A DNA stretch of 64,000 nt from an uncultured Gemmatimonadaceae bacterium (GTDB taxonomy: Bacteria; Gemmatimonadota; Gemmatimonadetes; Gemmatimonadales; Gemmatimonadaceae): positions 160,001 through 224,000 of the forward strand of contig CAVUDW010000002.1 in the NCBI GenBank assembly GCA_963740355.1. Direction: 5' to 3'. Below are positions 10,830 to 20,467 of this stretch, one piece after another. A program made the position numbers and the translations under genes. Positions within the stretch are counted from its first letter, which is position 1. Every line of letters begins with the position of its first letter. The notes beneath the pieces were generated by a model that was not told the DNA's origin, made no database searches, and saw only the letters and a list, made by a program, of their open reading frames with translations.

Positions 10830-12118
10830 TGCACACCACGATCACACCGGAGCGCACGATGAAGAACGGCGCGACAGGCTCCACGCCAGCCACCGCTCGA
10901 GCAGATGCCACCTCCGCACCGTCGACGGTGCCCATCGCACTCGACTGGCAAATTGGGATCGGCACGAGCGCGGAGTTGATGGCACTGCACCTCACCACAC
11001 AGCTTCAGGGAACGCCGGGTGCCCAGGTCGTCCCGTTCATCGGTCCGACGCTGCACCCGGACAAGCTGGCGCCGACGCTACGAGCCCGGGTGATCCGTGC
11101 GTTCGACATCGCCGCGGCAGAAGGACCACGGCTGGTGCGCGAATCACGGGGACAGTCGCTGCCGATGATCGCGTTGCACCTGCTCGGCCGTGGGCTGGGT
11201 GGTTTGCCGACACCGCTTCCGCTGCCGCCGCGTCGCAGCATCGGCATCGTGCAGACGTGCGACACCGCGTTCGATGACGCGTCACGCACGCGCGCGAGTG
11301 TGTGCGACGCGGTCCTGGCCGGATCCACCTGGATGCGCGAGCGCCTGGTGGATGCTGGCATCGCGAAGGTCGGCGTGTATCCGGTTGGCGTCGACACGAC
11401 GCTGTTCACGCCGGCGCCGAAGGCAGGCCACCTGTCACAGCGCTTCGTAATCTTCTCCGGCGGTCGGCTGCATCACCACAAGGGACAGGACATCGTGTTG
11501 GCGGCGGTGCGAACCTTCCGGAAGCGCCACCCGGAAACGTTGCTCCTTACCACCTGGCAGACGCCTTGGCCGGAGGCGATTGGTGACCTGACGTCGGCTG
11601 GACATGCCAAGAGTTCTCTCGACTACTACGGTGGCAAACTCGATGTGGTGAAGTGGTGTGCCGACAATGGATTACCCGCAGGTTCGGTGGTGGACCTCGG
11701 TGCACTCGATCAGGCGGCGCTGGCGGTCGTGTTGCGCGAGGCGGATGTGGCCCTGTTCCCGAATCGCGCCGAGACCGATGCCAATCCGATGCTGCTGGAG
11801 TGTTTCGCAAGCGGGGTGCCGGTGATCGCGTCCGCCAATACGGGTCATCTGGACGTTGTCTCGGCAGAGTACTGCTATCCGTTGACGGAGCAGAACGCGG
11901 TCCGAAGTGCAGCCGGCGGCGCGAGCACAATTGGTTGGGGTGAGTCGTCGGTAGATGAGATCGTGGCGCACCTGGAGGCGGTGTACACACGAACCAGCGA
12001 GGCCCGCGCGCGTGCGACTGCTGCGGCCACCTTTGCGAAGTCCTTCGGCTGGCAGGTGCACGCACCGCGGCTGTTGGAGCTTGTCGCACCGCTGATCCGC
12101 GACATCCAGGCGAACTGA
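10829..12118 (+). CDS. Glycosyltransferase family 4
   Basis: GVDTTLF, SGGRLHHHKGQD, ADVALFPNRAE and LECFASGVPVIAS. TGATG overlap with the previous gene. Confidence 0.85.
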   Translation: MHTTITPERTMKNGATGSTPATARADATSAPSTVPIALDWQIGIGTSAELMALHLTTQLQGTPGAQVVPFIGPTLHPDKLAPTLRARVIRAFDIAAAEGPRLVRESRGQSLPMIALHLLGRGLGGLPTPLPLPPRRSIGIVQTCDTAFDDASRTRASVCDAVLAGSTWMRERLVDAGIAKVGVYPVGVDTTLFTPAPKAGHLSQRFVIFSGGRLHHHKGQDIVLAAVRTFRKRHPETLLLTTWQTPWPEAIGDLTSAGHAKSSLDYYGGKLDVVKWCADNGLPAGSVVDLGALDQAALAVVLREADVALFPNRAETDANPMLLECFASGVPVIASANTGHLDVVSAEYCYPLTEQNAVRSAAGGASTIGWGESSVDEIVAHLEAVYTRTSEARARATAAATFAKSFGWQVHAPRLLELVAPLIRDIQAN

Positions 12119-12164
12119 CCTCCGTTGGCGTCAATCGGCGCCGCGGGGCCGCGCATGGTCCCGC

Positions 12165-13607
12165 TCAGGTGATGCTGCTGTTGACCTTCAGCGCCAGCGT
12201 GCGTGCCATTTCTGCGGCCTGCTTTCCGAGGCCGAGCGTCACGGCTAGCTGCGCGAAGCGATGTGCATCAGCCCACGCCTCCTCCCGGCCGAGCCGTTCC
12301 GCCATCAGGAGCGCCGAGATGGCATCGTGCTGGTGCGCCGGCAGGGAGTTCCACGGCACCTGTGGGAAGAGCAGCCGCTTGTCATAGCGCGCCCACATCT
12401 CGAGCACGATCCGGCGATGCGCGTCGGCGTAGGGATTGGTGCCACCGCCGAGTCCCATGTTGGCGCCGTGCCAGCGCCAGATGTAGCCGAGCCCGGGGTC
12501 GTGCTTGAACTTCGCACGCAACGCCAGGCGTGACCAGAGGTGGTAGTCATGCCCGCGCGGGAATCCCGCGTCATACCAGCCAGCACGTGCGTAGGCTCGC
12601 ATGCTGATGAGTGTACCGCCGTCCGTCATCACGTTGCGCTGGAAGAGCGTCGCCAGGAGTGCCTCGGGGCGATCGTACCAGTCCTCGCCGATGTTCTGAC
12701 TCACCGGATTGAGCGCGGCATCGCAGAGCAGCATGTCGCCGTGAATGACATCGGCATCCGGCACGCGCTCGAGCATCGTGACGCGGCTCGTCACGACTGA
12801 CGGCACCAGCAGGTCGTCGTCGCCGATCCAGATCACGAAGGGCGTGTCGATGGTCGCGAGCGCCTGATTGCGGTTGGCCGGCGCGCCACCGTGCTGGTTG
12901 GCGATCAGCCGCACGCCGTTCGTCGCATATCCCTTCACCACATCAACGCTACCGTCGGTGGACCCATCGTCCGTCACGATCACTCGGCAGTGCGGATAGT
13001 CCTGCGCGAGACAACTGACGATCGTCTCACGCAGAAATCCGGCGCGGTTGAACGACGGGATAATGAGCGAGACAGGTGGCGGCTCGAACGTGACGCGCGC
13101 ATCGGTTGCCGCCTCTACGACGGGCCTCGGATTGCGCTGAATACTTCCCGGCACGGCGCGTGTCGGTGTTTCGTGGGCCTGCAGCGCGAAGACGGTGTCC
13201 ACGAGCGCCGCAGCGTCGCGTACGCACCAGTCAGAGGGTCCGACCAGTGACGCGTGGGCGCTTCGAATGACGGGCAGGCCTGACGCCCGCACCACCTCGA
13301 CACAATGCGCGACGGCGCCATCGATCGGTCCGAGCACCACCACCACGCGGACACTCACCGGCATCGCCCAGGCGTCGAGACGGTCTCGGTCCACCGCATA
13401 CATCGCCACGCCGCTGGGCAGTGCGTCGTCTGACGTATCAGGGCCGAGCAGGACCGGCGCAAACTCCTCGCCGAAGCGACTGCCCCAGCCCAGCGATCCG
13501 ATGCACAACTCCACCAGCCAGGCGCGATCGTCGACACTCAGGCGCGGCCAGTCGGCGATGACGGCGACAGTGATTGCATCTGGCGCGGCCGACACATCAT
13601 GCAGCAT
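12165..13607 (-). CDS. Glycosyltransferase family 2 with an N-terminal extension
   Basis: VSLIIPSFNR, VTDDGSTD, ANRNQAL, IGDDD and GHDYHLW (GT-A fold). Confidence 0.85.
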   Translation of the reverse strand: MLHDVSAAPDAITVAVIADWPRLSVDDRAWLVELCIGSLGWGSRFGEEFAPVLLGPDTSDDALPSGVAMYAVDRDRLDAWAMPVSVRVVVVLGPIDGAVAHCVEVVRASGLPVIRSAHASLVGPSDWCVRDAAALVDTVFALQAHETPTRAVPGSIQRNPRPVVEAATDARVTFEPPPVSLIIPSFNRAGFLRETIVSCLAQDYPHCRVIVTDDGSTDGSVDVVKGYATNGVRLIANQHGGAPANRNQALATIDTPFVIWIGDDDLLVPSVVTSRVTMLERVPDADVIHGDMLLCDAALNPVSQNIGEDWYDRPEALLATLFQRNVMTDGGTLISMRAYARAGWYDAGFPRGHDYHLWSRLALRAKFKHDPGLGYIWRWHGANMGLGGGTNPYADAHRRIVLEMWARYDKRLLFPQVPWNSLPAHQHDAISALLMAERLGREEAWADAHRFAQLAVTLGLGKQAAEMARTLALKVNSSIT

Positions 13608-15318
13608 GCGCCCGTGCCTCCAGGTCGAGCGGGGCACGAGTGCCTTCGATGAACTGGCGGTGCCAGATCGTGAGGCTGACCAGCGCGCACAACTGCGAGA
13701 GCTGCGGCCATTCCTCGTAGCGCCAGGGGCCGGCGTTCATGCGTGCGCCAAACTCACGGGCGAGGCGCGGGCCATCGAAATACGGATTCTGTTGCCAGAA
13801 CGGGAGCATCATCGTGGCGCGGAGCAGCGGACCAAGCGAACCGTTTGCCCACTCGATCAGCGGCGCGTTGAAGCCGACCTTGCTGCGCCGGAGACGCACG
13901 CGTTCCGGCACCAGGTCGCGGATCGCATCGCGCAGGACACGCTTTGTGAATCCGCCACCGAGCTTGGCATCAGGAGGCAGTGCGCGCGCGAACGTCACCA
14001 GCCGCCAATCGAGCAGCGGCATCCGCGACTCGATCCCGTGCGCCATCGTGGCCCGATCAAAGTTGCGCAGGATGCCGGGCAGTACGTCACGCGTGATCTG
14101 CCCATCGAGGTACGCATTCAGTTCGCGACGCGGCACGCGCAGGTGCGGCGTGTACCCGCCGAGTACCTCGTCGCCGCCATGGCCGTCGAGCGTGACACGT
14201 ACACCAGTGCTGGAGATCGCACGATTGAGGAGCCAGACCGGTGTGGCCGCGATACCAGCCGCGGATTCCGATGACCAGATGCTCTCGAGTGCCGCATCGG
14301 TGGCCTGCGCCGCGTCGAAGGCGATGTAGTGCGCCTCTGCGCGGACATAGTCCGCCACGGCGCGTGCATGCGCTGTCTCGTCGAGTGCGCTCCCAGGTGC
14401 CGTGCTGACGAAGGCATGACGCCAGTCGCTGGCGGACCGCTGCAAGTCGCTGCTCGTGCCGGCGTGGAGTGAAGCCATCACGCCCGCGACGGCGCTGGAA
14501 TCGATACCGCCGCTGAGGCAGGTGCCGACAGGCACGTCGCTGCGCAAGCGGAGGCGCACCGCATCGAACAGCAGGTCGCGGAACTGTGCCACCTGATCGT
14601 CGTACCGCGCGGGTGCCGCGATCAGATGTGCATCAGGATTCCACCAGCGCGTGATGCCTCCCTTGCCGCCCGCATCCAGCTGTAGCAGATGGCCGACCGG
14701 GAGCTGTACGATGCCCGCGAGCAGCGTCTCCATCTCGGTGCCTTCGATGCGCCCCGCATCCTGCAGCGTGAGCCGGAAGATGCGTTCGTTGAGCGAAGGC
14801 GCAGCGTCAGCCAGCGTGAGGAATGCCTTCAGCTCGGACGCAAAGGCGAGGCGCTTTCCGGCTTGCAGGTAGAGTGGCTTCACGCCGAAGCGATCGCGGG
14901 CGAGGATGAACCGCCGCGCGGCAGGTTCCCAGGCAGCGATTGCGAACATGCCGTTGAACCGGTCCAGCGCCGACACCCCCCAGTGCAGCAATGCGGCCGC
15001 TACGACCTCGGTGTCACCAGTGCCGCGGAAGGCGTAGCCTGCCTGCTGCAGCTCGGCGCGCAGTTCGAGGAAGTTGTACACCTCGCCGTTGTAGGTGACG
15101 ACGATGGTGCGACCATCCGGTGCGCGCTGCGTGAGTGGGCAGCTGCCGGCATCCGAGGTATCGAGAATCGCAAGGCGGCGATGGCCAAGGCCGATTTCGC
15201 CGTCGACGAAACAGCCCGACCCATCGGGGCCGCGGTGGGTGAGCGCGTCGGTGAAGCGACGGAGTTCGTCGGGATCAACCGGCGCGCCACCGAAGGCGAA
15301 GCCTGCAATGCCACACAT
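13597..15318 (-). CDS. asnB: Second asparagine synthase (glutamine-hydrolysing) family amidotransferase
   Basis: MCGIAG, HRGPDG, YNGEVYN, LSGGIDSS, GGDEVLGGY and RMPLLD. Confidence 0.9.
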   Translation of the reverse strand: MCGIAGFAFGGAPVDPDELRRFTDALTHRGPDGSGCFVDGEIGLGHRRLAILDTSDAGSCPLTQRAPDGRTIVVTYNGEVYNFLELRAELQQAGYAFRGTGDTEVVAAALLHWGVSALDRFNGMFAIAAWEPAARRFILARDRFGVKPLYLQAGKRLAFASELKAFLTLADAAPSLNERIFRLTLQDAGRIEGTEMETLLAGIVQLPVGHLLQLDAGGKGGITRWWNPDAHLIAAPARYDDQVAQFRDLLFDAVRLRLRSDVPVGTCLSGGIDSSAVAGVMASLHAGTSSDLQRSASDWRHAFVSTAPGSALDETAHARAVADYVRAEAHYIAFDAAQATDAALESIWSSESAAGIAATPVWLLNRAISSTGVRVTLDGHGGDEVLGGYTPHLRVPRRELNAYLDGQITRDVLPGILRNFDRATMAHGIESRMPLLDWRLVTFARALPPDAKLGGGFTKRVLRDAIRDLVPERVRLRRSKVGFNAPLIEWANGSLGPLLRATMMLPFWQQNPYFDGPRLAREFGARMNAGPWRYEEWPQLSQLCALVSLTIWHRQFIEGTRAPLDLEARAHAA

Positions 15319-15358
15319 GTGCGATGTCGCTCGAAGTCAGGCGCGTGTCAGTCGCGAA

Positions 15359-15622
15359 TCAGGCGACGTCGGGCTTCGGCGCATGCCGTCGCGGCGCGAG
15401 GGCACCACCGGTCGCGACGAGCGCCGCGGGCACTTCGCTGGTCGCGCTGGCGCGACGGTTGTGCGCCGCGACCTGATCCAGCAACTCGGCGCGCAGGATC
15501 GTGGTGTCGGCTGGCGCTTCGATCCCGATGCGCACCCCGCCCCGATCACACTGCACGACGACGATCCGGATTCCACCATCGATGACGATCGCGTCACCGG
15601 CCTTCCTGCTCAGGATCAGCAT
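15359..15622 (-). CDS. csrA: Carbon storage regulator CsrA, long form
   Basis: MLILSRKAGDAIVI..VRIGIEAP..ILRAEL, plus the C-terminal helix typical of FliW-partnered CsrA. Confidence 0.92.
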   Translation of the reverse strand: MLILSRKAGDAIVIDGGIRIVVVQCDRGGVRIGIEAPADTTILRAELLDQVAAHNRRASATSEVPAALVATGGALAPRRHAPKPDVA

Positions 15623-15692
15623 CCTTGCTTCCCCATACGCCAAATTGTGAAGGGTGCGACTCCGCGCCACCCGTGAATCCTGCGACTACGAA

Positions 15693-17090
15693 CTACCGGC
15701 CGAGGTTGATCAGCGTCTGCGACATCTCGTCGATGACAGTGATCAGGCGTGCGGCCGCCTGGTACGACTGCTGGTACTTCATCAGGTTCACCATCTCCTC
15801 GTCGATCGAGACACCCTTGATGCTTTCGCGCCGACTGTCGGTCTGGGTGGCAAGGGTGCGTGCCGCGGTCGCCGTACCGGATGCGCCATTGACCATCGTG
15901 GCGATCGATGCGACGACGTTGCGGTAGCCTTCGCTGATGGACGAGGTCTGGCCGTTGACGCTGACCGGCGTGTCGCGCAGTTGCGACAGCTTGAGCGCGA
16001 CGGAGTTGTCACCGGCTTCGTTGGCAATGCCCGATGCCGCGACACGATTGACGTTGGCGACGATCGTGCTGTCGAGCTGGATCGTGCGCGCCGTGGTGCG
16101 GCTCGCATCGAAGAAGTTGCCGGCCGCTGCGCCACCGATGAAACCGGTGGTGTGTAGCGCGTTCGTGTTCGTGATGAGCGACGATGCAATGGCGTCGAGG
16201 CTCTTCAGTGCGTCGGGATAGACGGTGTTGTAGGAGTCGAGCATGCCGGCCACCTGACCGCCAATGGCATACATCGTCTCCGTCGGTGCACCACCGGCCG
16301 GCAGGTCGCCGAGGGCGATGGCCAGCTTGGTCGGATCGGCAATCGGCGCCTGCACCCGGACCGTCTTGAAGTTCGCGCCATCGACGAGCGAATCGCCGCC
16401 GATGTTGATGTTGACCGAACCATCGGCCTGGCGATACGCCGTAGCACCGATCAGCGAGGAGAGCTCGTCGATCTTGAGATCACGCTGGTCGCGCATGTCG
16501 GGCGACTGCTTGCCCGCCGCCTCGGCCGCAACGATGCGTGCGTTGATCTCGGCGACCTGCGCGGCGAGGGAATTGACCTTGTCGGTGGTTTCGAGCAACC
16601 GCGTGCGCGCGACGGTGCGTGCGTCCTCGATCTGGTTGCCGTAGGTGTTGAGCTGTGACGCCACCTGTGCACCGCGCTGGCGAACGACGCCCTTCGCGGC
16701 GCTGGACTCAGGATTGGTGGAGAGGTCACTCCACGCCGACCAGAGCTGCTCGAGGCTCGATGCGAGCCCCGTCTCCGATGGCTCGCCGAGTACACCCTCG
16801 ATCGCCTGCAAGGCGTCGCGACGTTCTTCGGTGTAGCCGGCATTCTGAGTGTCACGGCGGAAGCTCGCATCGAGCAGTTCGTCACGCATCCGCACCACGC
16901 CCTCGATCAGCACGCCGGTGCCGAAGGTGCCGTATGCCAGACGCTCCGGGTACCCAGGCGTGAGGGTGACGCGCTGACGCGAATACCCAGGTGTCTGCGC
17001 GTTGGTGACGTTCTGTGAACTGGTGCTGATCTGCGCCTGGCTGGCCATCAGGCCAGACCGCGCGATGCTCAACATGCCGCCGAAGTTCAT
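15693..17090 (-). CDS. flgK: Flagellar hook-associated protein 1
   Basis: NVTNAQTPGYSRQR; C-terminal GVSIDEEMVNLMKYQQSYQAAAR. Confidence 0.95.
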   Translation of the reverse strand: MNFGGMLSIARSGLMASQAQISTSSQNVTNAQTPGYSRQRVTLTPGYPERLAYGTFGTGVLIEGVVRMRDELLDASFRRDTQNAGYTEERRDALQAIEGVLGEPSETGLASSLEQLWSAWSDLSTNPESSAAKGVVRQRGAQVASQLNTYGNQIEDARTVARTRLLETTDKVNSLAAQVAEINARIVAAEAAGKQSPDMRDQRDLKIDELSSLIGATAYRQADGSVNINIGGDSLVDGANFKTVRVQAPIADPTKLAIALGDLPAGGAPTETMYAIGGQVAGMLDSYNTVYPDALKSLDAIASSLITNTNALHTTGFIGGAAAGNFFDASRTTARTIQLDSTIVANVNRVAASGIANEAGDNSVALKLSQLRDTPVSVNGQTSSISEGYRNVVASIATMVNGASGTATAARTLATQTDSRRESIKGVSIDEEMVNLMKYQQSYQAAARLITVIDEMSQTLINLGR

Positions 17091-17100
17091 CCTGGGCTCC

Positions 17101-17673
17101 TCAGACGGAACGATCGAGGAAGCGCGGTGCCGTGGGCACCATCGCTGGCGTCAGGCGCGCCGTCGTGGGTCGCAATGCCGGCGAGGTCTGCGCCAGTGGC
17201 GCGACATAGGTCGCGGTGGGCTGCGGAGCGCCAAAGAGCTTCTGCACATAGTCGTTGCCGTTGTCCATCGCACTCTTCAGCACCTGCTTGTTGATGTCCA
17301 CTTCGCGGCTCAGCGAAACGGCGGCATCCTGCAAGGCATTGCGTGCGTCGATCACGGCGGGCGTGGCACGGTCGCCGAGGATGTCCTCGAGATCGTTCAC
17401 GTTCATGTCTTCTTCGCCACCCAGCAGGCGATTGACGCTCTTGCGACGGCGGCGGGCCTCACCCAGCGTGGCCAGCACACGGTAGGTCGCAAAGACGCTA
17501 TCGTCGAGGGCCTGCAAGTCGTCGTCAGCAACAGCAGCACGCTGCTTCTGCATCACGTGCATCAGCTCCTCGAGGAGCCTGCGCTCCGTGCCCAGCACAT
17601 CCGACAGCACCTCGACCGCGGTTTCGCGGCGGGCGGCGGTGGGGGCGTACTTCGGTGCGTAAGTCGGCAGCAT
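17101..17673 (-). CDS. flgN: Flagellar export chaperone FlgN-like
   Basis: Helical protein between flgJ and flgK, with the E..LLEEL..Q..A...DL..L pattern and a late N..L. Confidence 0.7.
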   Translation of the reverse strand: MLPTYAPKYAPTAARRETAVEVLSDVLGTERRLLEELMHVMQKQRAAVADDDLQALDDSVFATYRVLATLGEARRRRKSVNRLLGGEEDMNVNDLEDILGDRATPAVIDARNALQDAAVSLSREVDINKQVLKSAMDNGNDYVQKLFGAPQPTATYVAPLAQTSPALRPTTARLTPAMVPTAPRFLDRSV

Positions 17674-17680
17674 GTAAGTC

Positions 17681-18052
17681 TCAGGGGAACCGGACGGGTG
17701 ACGCGAGCGGCGTGGCGGAGAGGTCGGGTACTGCGGGGGTCGGCACAACCGTCGGCGTGTCCATTCCAGCTTTCTGTCGCAAGGCGCGGTAGATCGCGTC
17801 TCCCAGCCCGCGATGCCACCGCGTACCAGTATCGGCGGCCATGCGCTCATCCATGAGTCCGGAGAAGATTTCCTCCCCCTGGCTCTTGTCGACGATGGCG
17901 CCGTCGGTTGGGACGGTTTCGCGCATCGACTTGTAGAGCTGCTGGACGAAGAGGCCCTCGAGATCCTTGGCCGCCTTTCGCATCGCGGCTTCACGCGGAT
18001 CGACGCTCACAGGCGCCAGGCCTGCAACACCGGAAACAGATGGCGTCGTCAT
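17681..18052 (-). CDS. flgJ: Rod-binding protein FlgJ (rod-cap domain only, no muramidase)
   Basis: AAKDLEGLFVQQLYKSMR..IFSGLMDERMA..GLGDAIYRAL; only 123 aa. Confidence 0.85.
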   Translation of the reverse strand: MTTPSVSGVAGLAPVSVDPREAAMRKAAKDLEGLFVQQLYKSMRETVPTDGAIVDKSQGEEIFSGLMDERMAADTGTRWHRGLGDAIYRALRQKAGMDTPTVVPTPAVPDLSATPLASPVRFP

Positions 18053-19146
18053 CGGATCACGACCTCGGCCGAGATGGCGCCGACTTCGCGCAGGGCGCTG
18101 AAGATGGCGGCGATTTCCTGCGGCGATGACCGGACGCCATGGAGGGCACTGGCAATGCGTTGCACCGAGATGCCGGGTTGGAGGCGCACTTCACCGGCGC
18201 TGACGGCCGACGTATCAGCCCCGCCGCCGATCGAGAGGGTGATCTGTCCGTGTGTGACCACGGCCTCGCCGACGGTCACATCGCCACCAGCCACCACGGT
18301 CCCGTCGCGACCATCGATCACGACCTTGGCACCGCGAGCGATGCGGATCGGCAACTCGCGCAACTTGGAGATCGCTGCGCTGCGCGCCGAACCGGCGGAG
18401 TCCTTGAGGGTGAGCGTCACGGAGCCTGGATCATCGACTCGTGCAGTTCCGGCGCCCAGTGCGCTGTCGATCACGGCAGCGATTCGGCTTGCGACGGCAA
18501 TGTCGGGTTCGCGCAGCAAGAGGGCGCTGGTGGACGAGGCATAGGTGGCACGCGGCAAGTCGACTTCCACCACACCACCCGCTGGAACGCGGGCACTGGT
18601 CTCGACTCGAGTACCGTACGAACGTGCACCGCGATCCGAGCCTTCCGAGAGCAACACCCCGCCCTGCGCTGTGGCCATCGGTGCGCCGCCAACTTCCGCG
18701 ATCAGTGGAGTCATGTAGAGCACACCGCCACGCAATGACGGTGCGTCGCCGATGCTCGCGACCTGGACATCGAACCGACCACCGGGCCGCAGGTAGGCCG
18801 ACACTTCAGCCGTCACCAGCACCGCCGCCACGTTGCGCGTGCGGAGGACATTGGCCGGCACCGTGATGTCGAAGCGACGAAGCAGGTTGACGATGCTCTG
18901 CACCGTCTGGCCGCCCTGCGATCCACCCATTCCGCGATCACCAGTACCATCGAGGCCAGCCACCAAACCGTAGCCCACCATGCGCACCGGTGCCGCACCT
19001 TCCGCCAGCACCAGGTCGCGAATGCGCGACTGCGCGGACAAGACTGACGCCGTCATCATCAGCAGCATCGAGACGATGGCACACAGCGCCCCAACCTGGC
19101 GTGCACGCCGATCCGCACGTGCATCGGCAAACTCTTGCTCGATCAT
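18049..19146 (-). CDS. flgI: Flagellar P-ring protein
   Basis: RIRDL, GYGLVAGLDGTGD, NVAAVLVTA, SLRGGVL and VVIDGRDGTVV. Confidence 0.95.
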   Translation of the reverse strand: MIEQEFADARADRRARQVGALCAIVSMLLMMTASVLSAQSRIRDLVLAEGAAPVRMVGYGLVAGLDGTGDRGMGGSQGGQTVQSIVNLLRRFDITVPANVLRTRNVAAVLVTAEVSAYLRPGGRFDVQVASIGDAPSLRGGVLYMTPLIAEVGGAPMATAQGGVLLSEGSDRGARSYGTRVETSARVPAGGVVEVDLPRATYASSTSALLLREPDIAVASRIAAVIDSALGAGTARVDDPGSVTLTLKDSAGSARSAAISKLRELPIRIARGAKVVIDGRDGTVVAGGDVTVGEAVVTHGQITLSIGGGADTSAVSAGEVRLQPGISVQRIASALHGVRSSPQEIAAIFSALREVGAISAEVVIR

Positions 19147-19802
19147 GGCCAGAACGCGCTGAGGATCTTGCCGAACATGCCCTGCTTCGCCTTGCCCAGA
19201 CTGCCCTTGTTGGTGATGTCGAGCTTCGCATCGGCCACGCGCGAGGAGGCGATGGTGTTCATGCCGCCAAGGTCCTGCGGGCGGATGGCACCGCTGAAGC
19301 TGATCTGCTGCTGTTCCTTGTCGACGCCAACGCTCTTCGTGCCCTTGATCGTGAGCACGCCGCTGACGGGATCGATGCTCATGACGCGGGCTGTAATCTC
19401 ACCATCCAGTCGCAGCTGGCGTGAACGATCGCCGCGTTGCGCACTCTCGCCATTGTTGCTTGTGCCGAACGAGGCGCCAGGTGCCGTTGCTGCGGTGGCG
19501 CCGGGTGTGATGAGCTGGAAATCGGTGTTTCGCTTCCGTCGCTGCGTCGCGTTGTCGGACATGTTGGCCGAGGCGAGCGTGTATTCGTCGATGTGGACGA
19601 TGATCAGGTCACCGACCGTGAATGCGCGGCGGTCGGAGGTCCAGTTCAGTCGCGCCGGACGGGCGTTGAGGGCCGGTGTCGGGGCGGCGGGAGCCACCAC
19701 CACACTGTCGCGCCGGGCTTGTGCGTGCGCATGCTGCGCGACGAACATCGTGAGCCCGATGAGGGCGGTGGCGCGCATCAGGTCCTGTTGCGTGATCTTC
19801 AT
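19143..19802 (-). CDS. flgH: Flagellar L-ring protein
   Basis: DRRAFTVGDLIIVHIDE, SGAIRPQD and NTIASSRVADA. Confidence 0.92.
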   Translation of the reverse strand: MKITQQDLMRATALIGLTMFVAQHAHAQARRDSVVVAPAAPTPALNARPARLNWTSDRRAFTVGDLIIVHIDEYTLASANMSDNATQRRKRNTDFQLITPGATAATAPGASFGTSNNGESAQRGDRSRQLRLDGEITARVMSIDPVSGVLTIKGTKSVGVDKEQQQISFSGAIRPQDLGGMNTIASSRVADAKLDITNKGSLGKAKQGMFGKILSAFWP

Positions 19803-20467
19803 CAGTCCAGTCTCACGGTGTTGCGCCCAGTGGCGATGCCGGCAAAACGCCGGCCGCGATCGAGGCGAATGGCGACGCGTGCGCCAAGCGACGCGTTGTG
19901 TAGGGCGGTGCCGACGAGCGCCAGGCGTACGCCGCCACGAATCAGTTCCGCATGCACGGTGTCACCGGCAAAGACCACCGGGGCGCCGGCGAGATCGATC
20001 GTGCGAATCGGCTCGCCGTCGCGCAGCACACGCCGCGTTTCGGAGCCGATGATCGACGCCATGTCAGTCGTGTTGTCGACATCCGGCGCGCCCCACACGA
20101 GGGTGTGACGCACCAGCACATCCTGCTCGGTGAGGATTGCGCCGCGCGCGACTGCATGCGACGTCACGGGCTCCTCGCGCTCGTGACCGACACGCAGGCG
20201 GGCCACCAGCACCGGCGCGGCGAACCGCGCGGGACGTATGGTGATGGTGTAGATGCCGGACCGATCGCTGCCACTCACTTCCGCCGTGCTGGCGCGAAGC
20301 GCAGTGCTGTCGCCCCGCACGAAACTCCACTCGGCGCACCAGCCACCGCGTGGCGGCGTGCCCCAGGTGCGCGTGATCTGCGACACGATGGAATCGCGCG
20401 CCGATGGCGACTGGCCCGAGACGGGCGTCGACACGACGACTGCAGCGAGAAGTGCGAGCACGAACAT
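19802..20467 (-). CDS. flgA: P-ring formation chaperone
   Basis: Signal peptide plus SAF-like domain (VFAGDTV..G.AL..ASLGARV); lies between flgG and flgH. Confidence 0.82.
   Translation of the reverse strand: MFVLALLAAVVVSTPVSGQSPSARDSIVSQITRTWGTPPRGGWCAEWSFVRGDSTALRASTAEVSGSDRSGIYTITIRPARFAAPVLVARLRVGHEREEPVTSHAVARGAILTEQDVLVRHTLVWGAPDVDNTTDMASIIGSETRRVLRDGEPIRTIDLAGAPVVFAGDTVHAELIRGGVRLALVGTALHNASLGARVAIRLDRGRRFAGIATGRNTVRLD

Noticed and set aside
1312..15318. asnB genes as housekeeping asparagine synthetases
   Set aside because: Two paralogs among glycosyltransferases fit glycan amidotransferases better, though the substrate is unproven.
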